Origin: Escherichia phage T7
Sequence record: AY264775.1
DNA length: 39,093 bases
Strand: one strand, 5' to 3'
Shown: positions 19,397-27,480 of the stretch, in pieces
Layout: every line of letters begins with the position of its first letter
How positions within the stretch are numbered: position 1 is the first letter of the stretch
Position numbers and translations under genes: made by a program
Notes under the pieces: generated by a model
What the model was told of the DNA's origin: nothing
The model's database searches: none
Seen by the model: only the letters and a program-made list of their open reading frames with translations

Positions 19397-21006
19397 TGGC
19401 TGAGAAACGAACAGGACTTGCAGAGGATGGCGCAAAGTCTGTCTATGAGCGTTTAAAGAACGACCGTGCTCCCTATGAGACACGCGCTCAGAATTGCGCT
19501 CAATATACCATCCCATCATTGTTCCCTAAGGACTCCGATAACGCCTCTACAGATTATCAAACTCCGTGGCAAGCCGTGGGCGCTCGTGGTCTGAACAATC
19601 TAGCCTCTAAGCTCATGCTGGCTCTATTCCCTATGCAGACTTGGATGCGACTTACTATATCTGAATATGAAGCAAAGCAGTTACTGAGCGACCCCGATGG
19701 ACTCGCTAAGGTCGATGAGGGCCTCTCGATGGTAGAGCGTATCATCATGAACTACATTGAGTCTAACAGTTACCGCGTGACTCTCTTTGAGGCTCTCAAA
19801 CAGTTAGTCGTAGCTGGTAACGTCCTGCTGTACCTACCGGAACCGGAAGGGTCAAACTATAATCCCATGAAGCTGTACCGATTGTCTTCTTATGTGGTCC
19901 AACGAGACGCATTCGGCAACGTTCTGCAAATGGTGACTCGTGACCAGATAGCTTTTGGTGCTCTCCCTGAGGACATCCGTAAGGCTGTAGAAGGTCAAGG
20001 TGGTGAGAAGAAAGCTGATGAGACAATCGACGTATACACTCACATCTATCTGGATGAGGACTCAGGTGAATACCTCCGATACGAAGAGGTCGAGGGTATG
20101 GAAGTCCAAGGCTCCGATGGAACTTATCCTAAAGAGGCTTGCCCATACATCCCGATTCGGATGGTCAGACTAGATGGTGAATCCTACGGTCGTTCGTACA
20201 TTGAGGAATACTTAGGTGACTTACGGTCCCTTGAAAATCTCCAAGAGGCTATCGTCAAGATGTCCATGATTAGCTCTAAGGTTATCGGCTTAGTGAATCC
20301 TGCTGGTATCACCCAGCCACGCCGACTGACCAAAGCTCAGACTGGTGACTTCGTTACTGGTCGTCCAGAAGACATCTCGTTCCTCCAACTGGAGAAGCAA
20401 GCAGACTTTACTGTAGCTAAAGCCGTAAGTGACGCTATCGAGGCTCGTCTTTCGTTTGCCTTTATGTTGAACTCTGCGGTTCAGCGTACAGGTGAACGTG
20501 TGACCGCCGAAGAGATTCGGTATGTAGCTTCTGAACTTGAAGATACTTTAGGTGGTGTCTACTCTATCCTTTCTCAAGAATTACAATTGCCTCTGGTACG
20601 AGTGCTCTTGAAGCAACTACAAGCCACGCAACAGATTCCTGAGTTACCTAAGGAAGCCGTAGAGCCAACCATTAGTACAGGTCTGGAAGCAATTGGTCGA
20701 GGACAAGACCTTGATAAGCTGGAGCGGTGTGTCACTGCGTGGGCTGCACTGGCACCTATGCGGGACGACCCTGATATTAACCTTGCGATGATTAAGTTAC
20801 GTATTGCCAACGCTATCGGTATTGACACTTCTGGTATTCTACTCACCGAAGAACAGAAGCAACAGAAGATGGTCCAACAGTCTATGCAAATGGGTATGGA
20901 TAATGGTGCTGCTGCGCTGGCTCAAGGTATGGCTGCACAAGCTACAGCTTCACCTGAGGCTATGGCTGCTGCCGCTGATTCCGTAGGTTTACAGCCGGGA
21001 ATTTAA
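19396..21006 (+). CDS. 8: Portal (head-tail connector) protein gp8
   Basis: 536-aa frame starting MAEKRTGLAEDGAKSVYERL... Confidence 0.97.
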   Translation: MAEKRTGLAEDGAKSVYERLKNDRAPYETRAQNCAQYTIPSLFPKDSDNASTDYQTPWQAVGARGLNNLASKLMLALFPMQTWMRLTISEYEAKQLLSDPDGLAKVDEGLSMVERIIMNYIESNSYRVTLFEALKQLVVAGNVLLYLPEPEGSNYNPMKLYRLSSYVVQRDAFGNVLQMVTRDQIAFGALPEDIRKAVEGQGGEKKADETIDVYTHIYLDEDSGEYLRYEEVEGMEVQGSDGTYPKEACPYIPIRMVRLDGESYGRSYIEEYLGDLRSLENLQEAIVKMSMISSKVIGLVNPAGITQPRRLTKAQTGDFVTGRPEDISFLQLEKQADFTVAKAVSDAIEARLSFAFMLNSAVQRTGERVTAEEIRYVASELEDTLGGVYSILSQELQLPLVRVLLKQLQATQQIPELPKEAVEPTISTGLEAIGRGQDLDKLERCVTAWAALAPMRDDPDINLAMIKLRIANAIGIDTSGILLTEEQKQQKMVQQSMQMGMDNGAAALAQGMAAQATASPEAMAAAADSVGLQPGI

Positions 21007-21026
21007 TACGACTCACTATAGGGAGA
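21004..21026 (+). promoter_or_regulatory. T7 promoter phi9 (class III)
   Basis: taatacgactcactatagggaga. Confidence 0.95.
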
Positions 21027-21105
21027 CCTCATCTTTGAAATGAGCGATGACAAGAGGTTGGAGTCCTCGGTCTTCCTGTAGTTCAACTTTAAGGAGACAA
21101 TAATA

Positions 21106-22029
21106 ATGGCTGAATCTAATGCAGACGTATATGCATCTTTTGGCGTGAACTCCGCTGTGATGTCTGGTGGTTCCGTTGAGAAACATGAGCAGAACATGCT
21201 GGCTCTTGATGTTGCTGCCCGTGATGGCGATGATGCAATCGAGTTAGCGTCAGACGAAGTGGAAACAGAACGTGACCTGTATGACAACTCTGACCCGTTC
21301 GGTCAAGAGGATGACGAAGGCCGCATTCAGGTTCGTATCGGTGATGGCTCTGAGCCGACCGATGTGAACACTGGAGAAGAAGGCGTTGAGGGCACCGAAG
21401 GTTCCGAAGAGTTTACCCCACTGGGCGAGACTCCAGAAGAACTGGTAGCTGCCTCTGAGCAACTTGGTGAGCACGAAGAGGGCTTCCAAGAGATGATTAA
21501 CATTGCTGCTGAGCGTGGCATGAGTGTCGAGACCATTGAGGCTATCCAGCGTGAGTACGAGGAGAACGAAGAGTTGTCCGCCGAGTCCTACGCTAAGTTG
21601 GCTGAAATTGGCTACACGAAGGCTTTCATTGACTCGTATATCCGTGGTCAAGAAGCTCTGGTGAAGCAGTATGTAAACAGTGTCATTGAGTACGCTGGTG
21701 GTCGTGAACGTTTTGATGCACTGTATAACCACCTTGAGACGCACAACCCTGAGGCTGCACAGTCGCTGGATAATGCGTTGACCAATCGTGACTTAGCGAC
21801 CGTTAAGGCTATCATCAACTTGGCTGATGAATCTCGCGTTAAGGCGTTCGGTCGTAAGCCAACTCGTAGTGTGACTAATCGTGCTATTCCGGCTAAACCT
21901 CAGGTTATCAAGTGTGAAGGCTTTGCGGACCGTAGCGAGATGATTAAAGCTATGAGTGATCCTCGGTATCGCACAGATGCCAACTATCGTCGTCAAGTCG
22001 AACAGAAAGTAATCGATTCGAACTTCTGA
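21106..22029 (+). CDS. 9: Capsid assembly scaffolding protein gp9
   Basis: 307-aa acidic ORF. Confidence 0.97.
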   Translation: MAESNADVYASFGVNSAVMSGGSVEKHEQNMLALDVAARDGDDAIELASDEVETERDLYDNSDPFGQEDDEGRIQVRIGDGSEPTDVNTGEEGVEGTEGSEEFTPLGETPEELVAASEQLGEHEEGFQEMINIAAERGMSVETIEAIQREYEENEELSAESYAKLAEIGYTKAFIDSYIRGQEALVKQYVNSVIEYAGGRERFDALYNHLETHNPEAAQSLDNALTNRDLATVKAIINLADESRVKAFGRKPTRSVTNRAIPAKPQVIKCEGFADRSEMIKAMSDPRYRTDANYRRQVEQKVIDSNF

Positions 22030-22042
22030 TAGACTTCGAAAT

Positions 22043-22065
22043 TAATACGACTCACTATAGGGAGA
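22043..22065 (+). promoter_or_regulatory. T7 promoter phi10 (class III)
   Basis: taatacgactcactatagggaga followed by the gene 10 leader familiar from pET vectors. Confidence 0.98.
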
Positions 22066-22100
22066 CCACAACGGTTTCCCTCTAGAAATAATTTTGTTTA

Positions 22101-22122
22101 ACTTTAAGAAGGAAATATACAT
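22101..22122 (+). promoter_or_regulatory. Gene 10 translation initiation region with altered Shine-Dalgarno (aaggaa instead of aaggag)
   Basis: tttaagaaggaaatatacat ATG; the canonical T7 gene 10 leader is tttaagaaggagatatacat. Confidence 0.85.
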
Positions 22123-23160
22123 ATGGCTAGCATGACTGGTGGACAGCAAATGGGTACTAATCAAGGTAAAGGTGTAGTTGCTGCTGGAGATAAACTGGCG
22201 TTGTTCTTGAAGATATTTGGCGGTGAAGTCCTGACTGCGTTCGCTCGTACCTCCGTGACCACTTCTCGCCACATGGTACGTTCCATCTCCAGCGGTAAAT
22301 CCGCTCAGTTCCCTGTTCTGGGTCGCACTCAGGCAGCGTATCTGGCTCCGGGCGAGAACCTCGACGATAAACGTAAGGACATCAAACACACCGAGAAGGT
22401 AATCACCATTGACGGTCTCCTGACGGCTGACGTTCTGATTTATGATATTGAGGACGCGATGAACCACTACGACGTTCGCTCTGAGTATACCTCTCAGTTG
22501 GGTGAATCTCTGGCGATGGCTGCGGATGGTGCGGTTCTGGCTGAGATTGCCGGTCTGTGTAACGTGGAAAGCAAATATAATGAGAACATCGAGGGCTTAG
22601 GTACTGCTACCGTAATTGAGATCACTCAGAACAAGACCGCACTTACCGACCAAGTTGTGCTGGGTAAGGAGATTATTGCGGCTCTGACTAAGGCTCGTGC
22701 GACTCTGACCAAGAACTATGTTCCGGCTGCTGACCGTGTGTTCTACTGTGACCCAGATAGCTACTCTGCGATTCTGGCAGCACTGATGCCGAACGCAGCA
22801 AACTACGCTGCTCTGATTGACCCTGAGAAGGGTTCTATCCGCAACGTTATGGGCTTTGAGGTTGTAGAAGTTCCGCACCTCACCGCTGGTGGTGCTGGTA
22901 TTGCTCGTGAGGGCACTACTGGTCAGAAGCACGTCTTCCCTGCCAATAAAGGTGAGGGTAATGTCAAGGTTGCTAAGGACAACGTTATCGGCCTGTTCAT
23001 GCACCGCTCTGCGGTAGGTACTGTTAAGCTGCGTGACTTGGCTCTGGAGCGCGCTCGCCGTGCTAACTTCCAAGCGGACCAGATTATCGCTAAGTACGCA
23101 ATGGGTCACGGTGGTCTTCGCCCAGAAGCTGCTGGTGCAGTGGTTTTCAAAGTGGAGTAA
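22123..23160 (+). CDS. 10A: Major capsid protein gp10A
   Basis: 345-aa ORF beginning MASMTGGQQMG (T7-tag). Confidence 0.99.
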   Translation: MASMTGGQQMGTNQGKGVVAAGDKLALFLKIFGGEVLTAFARTSVTTSRHMVRSISSGKSAQFPVLGRTQAAYLAPGENLDDKRKDIKHTEKVITIDGLLTADVLIYDIEDAMNHYDVRSEYTSQLGESLAMAADGAVLAEIAGLCNVESKYNENIEGLGTATVIEITQNKTALTDQVVLGKEIIAALTKARATLTKNYVPAADRVFYCDPDSYSAILAALMPNAANYAALIDPEKGSIRNVMGFEVVEVPHLTAGGAGIAREGTTGQKHVFPANKGEGNVKVAKDNVIGLFMHRSAVGTVKLRDLALERARRANFQADQIIAKYAMGHGGLRPEAAGAVVFKVE

Positions 23161-23318
23161 TGCTGGGGGTGGCCTCAACGGTCGCTGCTAGTCCCGAAGA
23201 GGCGAGTGTTACTTCAACAGAAGAAACCTTAACGCCAGCACAGGAGGCCGCACGCACCCGCGCTGCTAACAAAGCCTGAAAGGAAGCTGAGTTGGCTGCT
23301 GTCACCGCTGAGCAATAA
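22123..23318 (+). CDS. 10B: Minor capsid protein gp10B (frameshift product); the -1 frame extension carries a premature TGA at 23277-23279
   Basis: -1 frame after the shift reads ...EAARTRAANKA*KEAELAAVTAEQ*. Confidence 0.75.
23142..23150 (+). other. Programmed -1 ribosomal frameshift region of gene 10 (produces 10B)
   Basis: ggttttcaa slippery stretch just before the 10A stop; the -1 frame continues toward 23318. Confidence 0.7.
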
Positions 23319-23366
23319 CTAGCATAACCCCTTGGGGCCTCTAAACGGGTCTTGAGGGGTTTTTTG
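23319..23366 (+). terminator. Tphi terminator for T7 RNAP
   Basis: ctagcataaccccttggggcctctaaacgggtcttgaggggttttttg, the canonical T7 terminator. Confidence 0.98.
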
Positions 23367-23383
23367 CTGAAAGGAGGAACTAT

Positions 23384-23974
23384 ATGCGCTCATACGATAT
23401 GAACGTTGAGACTGCTGCTGAGTTATCAGCTGTGAACGACATTTTGGCGTCTATCGGTGAACCTCCGGTATCAACGCTGGAAGGTGACACTAACGCAGAT
23501 GCAGCGAACGCTCGGCGTATTCTCAACAAGATTAACCGACAGATTCAATCTCGTGGATGGACGTTCAACATTGAGGAAGGCATAACGCTACTACCTGATG
23601 TTTACTCCAACCTGATTGTATACAGTGACGACTATTTATCCCTAATGTCTACTTCCGGTCAATCCATCTACGTTAACCGAGGTGGCTATGTGTATGACCG
23701 AACGAATCAATCAGACCGCTTTGACTCTGGTATTACTGTGAACATTATTCGTCTCCGCGACTACGATGAGATGCCTGAGTGCTTCCGTTACTGGATTGTC
23801 ACCAAGGCTTCTCGTCAGTTCAACAACCGATTCTTTGGGGCACCGGAAGTAGAGGGTGTACTTCAAGAAGAGGAAGATGAGGCTAGACGTCTCTGCATGG
23901 AGTATGAGATGGACTACGGTGGGTACAATATGCTGGATGGAGATGCGTTCACTTCTGGTCTACTGACTCGCTAA
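23384..23974 (+). CDS. 11: Tail tubular (gatekeeper) protein gp11
   Basis: 196-aa ORF. Confidence 0.95.
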   Translation: MRSYDMNVETAAELSAVNDILASIGEPPVSTLEGDTNADAANARRILNKINRQIQSRGWTFNIEEGITLLPDVYSNLIVYSDDYLSLMSTSGQSIYVNRGGYVYDRTNQSDRFDSGITVNIIRLRDYDEMPECFRYWIVTKASRQFNNRFFGAPEVEGVLQEEEDEARRLCMEYEMDYGGYNMLDGDAFTSGLLTR

Positions 23975-23997
23975 CATTAATAAATAAGGAGGCTCTA

Positions 23998-26382
23998 ATG
24001 GCACTCATTAGCCAATCAATCAAGAACTTGAAGGGTGGTATCAGCCAACAGCCTGACATCCTTCGTTATCCAGACCAAGGGTCACGCCAAGTTAACGGTT
24101 GGTCTTCGGAGACCGAGGGCCTCCAAAAGCGTCCACCTCTTGTTTTCTTAAATACACTTGGAGACAACGGTGCGTTAGGTCAAGCTCCGTACATCCACCT
24201 GATTAACCGAGATGAGCACGAACAGTATTACGCTGTGTTCACTGGTAGCGGAATCCGAGTGTTCGACCTTTCTGGTAACGAGAAGCAAGTTAGGTATCCT
24301 AACGGTTCCAACTACATCAAGACCGCTAATCCACGTAACGACCTGCGAATGGTTACTGTAGCAGACTATACGTTCATCGTTAACCGTAACATTGTTGCAC
24401 AGAAGAACACAAAGTCTGTCAACTTACCGAATTACAACCCTAATCAAGACGGATTGATTAACGTTCGTGGTGGTCAGTATGGTAGGGAACTAATTGTACA
24501 CATTAACGGTAAAGACGTTGCGAAGTATAAAATACCAGATGGTAGTCAACCTGAACACGTAAACAATACGGATGCCCAATGGTTAGCTGAAGAGTTAGCC
24601 AAGCAGATGCGCACTAACTTGTCTGATTGGACTGTAAATGTAGGGCAAGGGTTCATTCATGTGACCGCACCTAGTGGTCAACAGATTGACTCCTTCACGA
24701 CTAAAGATGGCTACGCAGACCAATTGATTAACCCTGTGACCCACTACGCTCAGTCGTTCTCTAAGCTGCCACCTAATGCTCCTAACGGCTACATGGTGAA
24801 AATCGTAGGGGACGCTTCTAAGTCTGCCGACCAGTATTACGTTCGGTATGACGCTGAGCGGAAAGTTTGGACTGAGACTTTAGGTTGGAACACTGAGGAC
24901 CAAGTTCTATGGGAAACCATGCCACACGCTCTTGTGCGAGCCGCTGACGGTAATTTCGACTTCAAGTGGCTTGAGTGGTCTCCTAAGTCTTGTGGTGACG
25001 TTGACACCAATCCTTGGCCTTCTTTTGTTGGTTCAAGTATTAACGATGTGTTCTTCTTCCGTAACCGCTTAGGATTCCTTAGTGGGGAGAACATCATATT
25101 GAGTCGTACAGCCAAATACTTCAACTTCTACCCTGCGTCCATTGCGAACCTTAGTGATGACGACCCTATAGACGTAGCTGTGAGTACCAACCGAATAGCA
25201 ATCCTTAAGTACGCCGTTCCGTTCTCAGAAGAGTTACTCATCTGGTCCGATGAAGCACAATTCGTCTTGACTGCCTCGGGTACTCTCACATCTAAGTCGG
25301 TTGAGTTGAACCTAACGACCCAGTTTGACGTACAGGACCGAGCGAGACCTTTTGGGATTGGACGTAATGTCTACTTTGCTAGTCCGAGGTCCAGCTTCAC
25401 GTCCATCCACAGGTACTACGCTGTGCAGGATGTCAGTTCCGTTAAGAATGCTGAGGACATTACATCACACGTTCCTAACTACATCCCTAATGGTGTGTTC
25501 AGTATTTGCGGAAGTGGTACGGAAAACTTCTGTTCGGTACTATCTCACGGGAACCCTAGTAAAATCTTCATGTACAAATTCCTGTACCTGAACGAAGAGT
25601 TAAGGCAACAGTCGTGGTCTCATTGGGACTTTGGGGAAAACGTACAGGTTCTAGCTTGTCAGAGTATCAGCTCAGATATGTATGTGGTTCTTCGTAATGA
25701 GTTCAATACGTTTCTAGCTAGAATCTCTTTCACTAAGAACGCCATTGACTTACAGGGAGAACCCTATCGTGCCTTTATGGACATGAAGATTCGATACACG
25801 ATTCCTAGTGGAACATACAACGATGACACATTCACTACCTCTATTCATATTCCAACAATTTATGGTGCAAACTTCGGGAGGGGCAAAATCACTGTATTGG
25901 AGCCTGATGGTAAGATAACCGTGTTTGAGCAACCTACGGCTGGGTGGAATAGCGACCCTTGGCTGAGACTCAGCGGTAACTTGGAGGGACGCATGGTGTA
26001 CATTGGGTTCAACATTAACTTCGTATATGAGTTCTCTAAGTTTCTCATCAAGCAGACTGCCGACGACGGGTCTACTTCCACGGAAGACATTGGGCGCTTA
26101 CAGTTACGCCGAGCGTGGATTAACTACGAGAACTCTGGTACGTTTGACATTTATGTTGAGAACCAATCGTCTAACTGGAAGTACACAATGGCTGGTGCCC
26201 GATTAGGCTCTAACACTCTGAGGGCTGGGAGACTGAACTTAGGGACCGGACAATATCGATTTCCTGTGGTTGGTAACGCCAAGTTCAACACTGTATACAT
26301 CTTGTCAGATGAGACTACCCCTCTGAACATCATTGGGTGTGGCTGGGAAGGTAACTACTTACGGAGAAGTTCCGGTATTTAA
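23998..26382 (+). CDS. 12: Tail tubular (nozzle) protein gp12
   Basis: 794-aa ORF. Confidence 0.95.
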   Translation: MALISQSIKNLKGGISQQPDILRYPDQGSRQVNGWSSETEGLQKRPPLVFLNTLGDNGALGQAPYIHLINRDEHEQYYAVFTGSGIRVFDLSGNEKQVRYPNGSNYIKTANPRNDLRMVTVADYTFIVNRNIVAQKNTKSVNLPNYNPNQDGLINVRGGQYGRELIVHINGKDVAKYKIPDGSQPEHVNNTDAQWLAEELAKQMRTNLSDWTVNVGQGFIHVTAPSGQQIDSFTTKDGYADQLINPVTHYAQSFSKLPPNAPNGYMVKIVGDASKSADQYYVRYDAERKVWTETLGWNTEDQVLWETMPHALVRAADGNFDFKWLEWSPKSCGDVDTNPWPSFVGSSINDVFFFRNRLGFLSGENIILSRTAKYFNFYPASIANLSDDDPIDVAVSTNRIAILKYAVPFSEELLIWSDEAQFVLTASGTLTSKSVELNLTTQFDVQDRARPFGIGRNVYFASPRSSFTSIHRYYAVQDVSSVKNAEDITSHVPNYIPNGVFSICGSGTENFCSVLSHGNPSKIFMYKFLYLNEELRQQSWSHWDFGENVQVLACQSISSDMYVVLRNEFNTFLARISFTKNAIDLQGEPYRAFMDMKIRYTIPSGTYNDDTFTTSIHIPTIYGANFGRGKITVLEPDGKITVFEQPTAGWNSDPWLRLSGNLEGRMVYIGFNINFVYEFSKFLIKQTADDGSTSTEDIGRLQLRRAWINYENSGTFDIYVENQSSNWKYTMAGARLGSNTLRAGRLNLGTGQYRFPVVGNAKFNTVYILSDETTPLNIIGCGWEGNYLRRSSGI

Positions 26383-26412
26383 TTAAATATTCTCCCTGTG
26401 GTGGCTCGAAAT

Positions 26413-26435
26413 TAATACGACTCACTATAGGGAGA
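26413..26435 (+). promoter_or_regulatory. T7 promoter phi13 (class III)
   Basis: taatacgactcactatagggaga. Confidence 0.95.
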
Positions 26436-26462
26436 ACAATACGACTACGGGAGAGTTTTCTT

Positions 26463-26879
26463 ATGATGACTATAAGACCTACTAAAAGTACAGACTTTGA
26501 GGTATTCACTCCGACTCATCATGACATTCTTGAAGCTAAGGCTGCTGGTATTGAGCCGAGTTTCCCTGATGCTTCCGAATGTGTCACGTTGAGCCTCTAT
26601 GGGTTCCCTCTAGCTATCGGTGGTAACTGCGGGGACCAGTGCTGGTTCGTTACAAGCGACCAAGTGTGGCGACTTAGTGGAAAGGCTAAGCGAAAGTTCC
26701 GTAAGTTAATCATGGAGTATCGCGATAAGATGCTTGAGAAGTATGATACTCTTTGGAATTACGTATGGGTAGGTAATACGTCCCACATTCGTTTCCTCAA
26801 GACTATCGGTGCGGTATTCCATGAAGAGTACACACGAGATGGTCAATTTCAGTTATTTACAATCACGAAAGGAGGATAA
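26463..26879 (+). CDS. 13: gp13, internal virion protein
   Basis: 138-aa ORF. Confidence 0.9.
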   Translation: MMTIRPTKSTDFEVFTPTHHDILEAKAAGIEPSFPDASECVTLSLYGFPLAIGGNCGDQCWFVTSDQVWRLSGKAKRKFRKLIMEYRDKMLEKYDTLWNYVWVGNTSHIRFLKTIGAVFHEEYTRDGQFQLFTITKGG

Positions 26880-26883
26880 CCAT

Positions 26884-27474
26884 ATGTGTTGGGCAGCCGC
26901 AATACCTATCGCTATATCTGGCGCTCAGGCTATCAGTGGTCAGAACACTCAAGCCAAAATGATTGCCGTTCAGACCGCTGCTGGTCGTCGTCAAGCTATG
27001 GAAATCATGAGGCAGACGAACATCCAGAATGCTGACCTATCGTTGCAAGCTCGAAGTAAACTTGAGAAAGCGTCCGCCGAGTTGACCTCACAGAACATGC
27101 AGAAGGTCCAAGCTATTGGGTCTATCCGAGCGGCTATCGGAGAAAGTATGCTTGAAGGTTCCTCAATGGACCGTATTAAGCGAGTCACAGAAGGACAGTT
27201 CATTCGGGAAGCCAATATGGTAACTGAGAACTATCGCCGTGACTACCAAGCAATCTTCGTACAGCAACTTGGTGGTACTCAAAGTGCTGCAAGTCAGATT
27301 GACGAAATCTATAAGAGCGAACAGAAACAGAAGAGTAAGCTACAGATGGTTCTGGACCCACTGGCTATCATGGGGTCTTCCGCTGCGAGTGCTTACGCAT
27401 CCGATGCGTTCGACTCTAAGTTCACAACTAAGGCACCTATTGTTGCCGCTAAAGGAACCAAGACGGGGAGGTAA
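26884..27474 (+). CDS. 14: Internal core protein gp14
   Basis: 196-aa frame starting MCWAAAIPIAISGAQ... Confidence 0.9.
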   Translation: MCWAAAIPIAISGAQAISGQNTQAKMIAVQTAAGRRQAMEIMRQTNIQNADLSLQARSKLEKASAELTSQNMQKVQAIGSIRAAIGESMLEGSSMDRIKRVTEGQFIREANMVTENYRRDYQAIFVQQLGGTQSAASQIDEIYKSEQKQKSKLQMVLDPLAIMGSSAASAYASDAFDSKFTTKAPIVAAKGTKTGR

Positions 27475-27480
27475 TGAGCT

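Noticed and set aside
26436-26462. Possible G->A change in the gene 13 ribosome-binding site (gggagagtttt), and a similar one upstream of gene 19.5 (38530..38544)
   Set aside because: My recollection of the wild-type sequence at these two sites is not reliable enough to call a difference.
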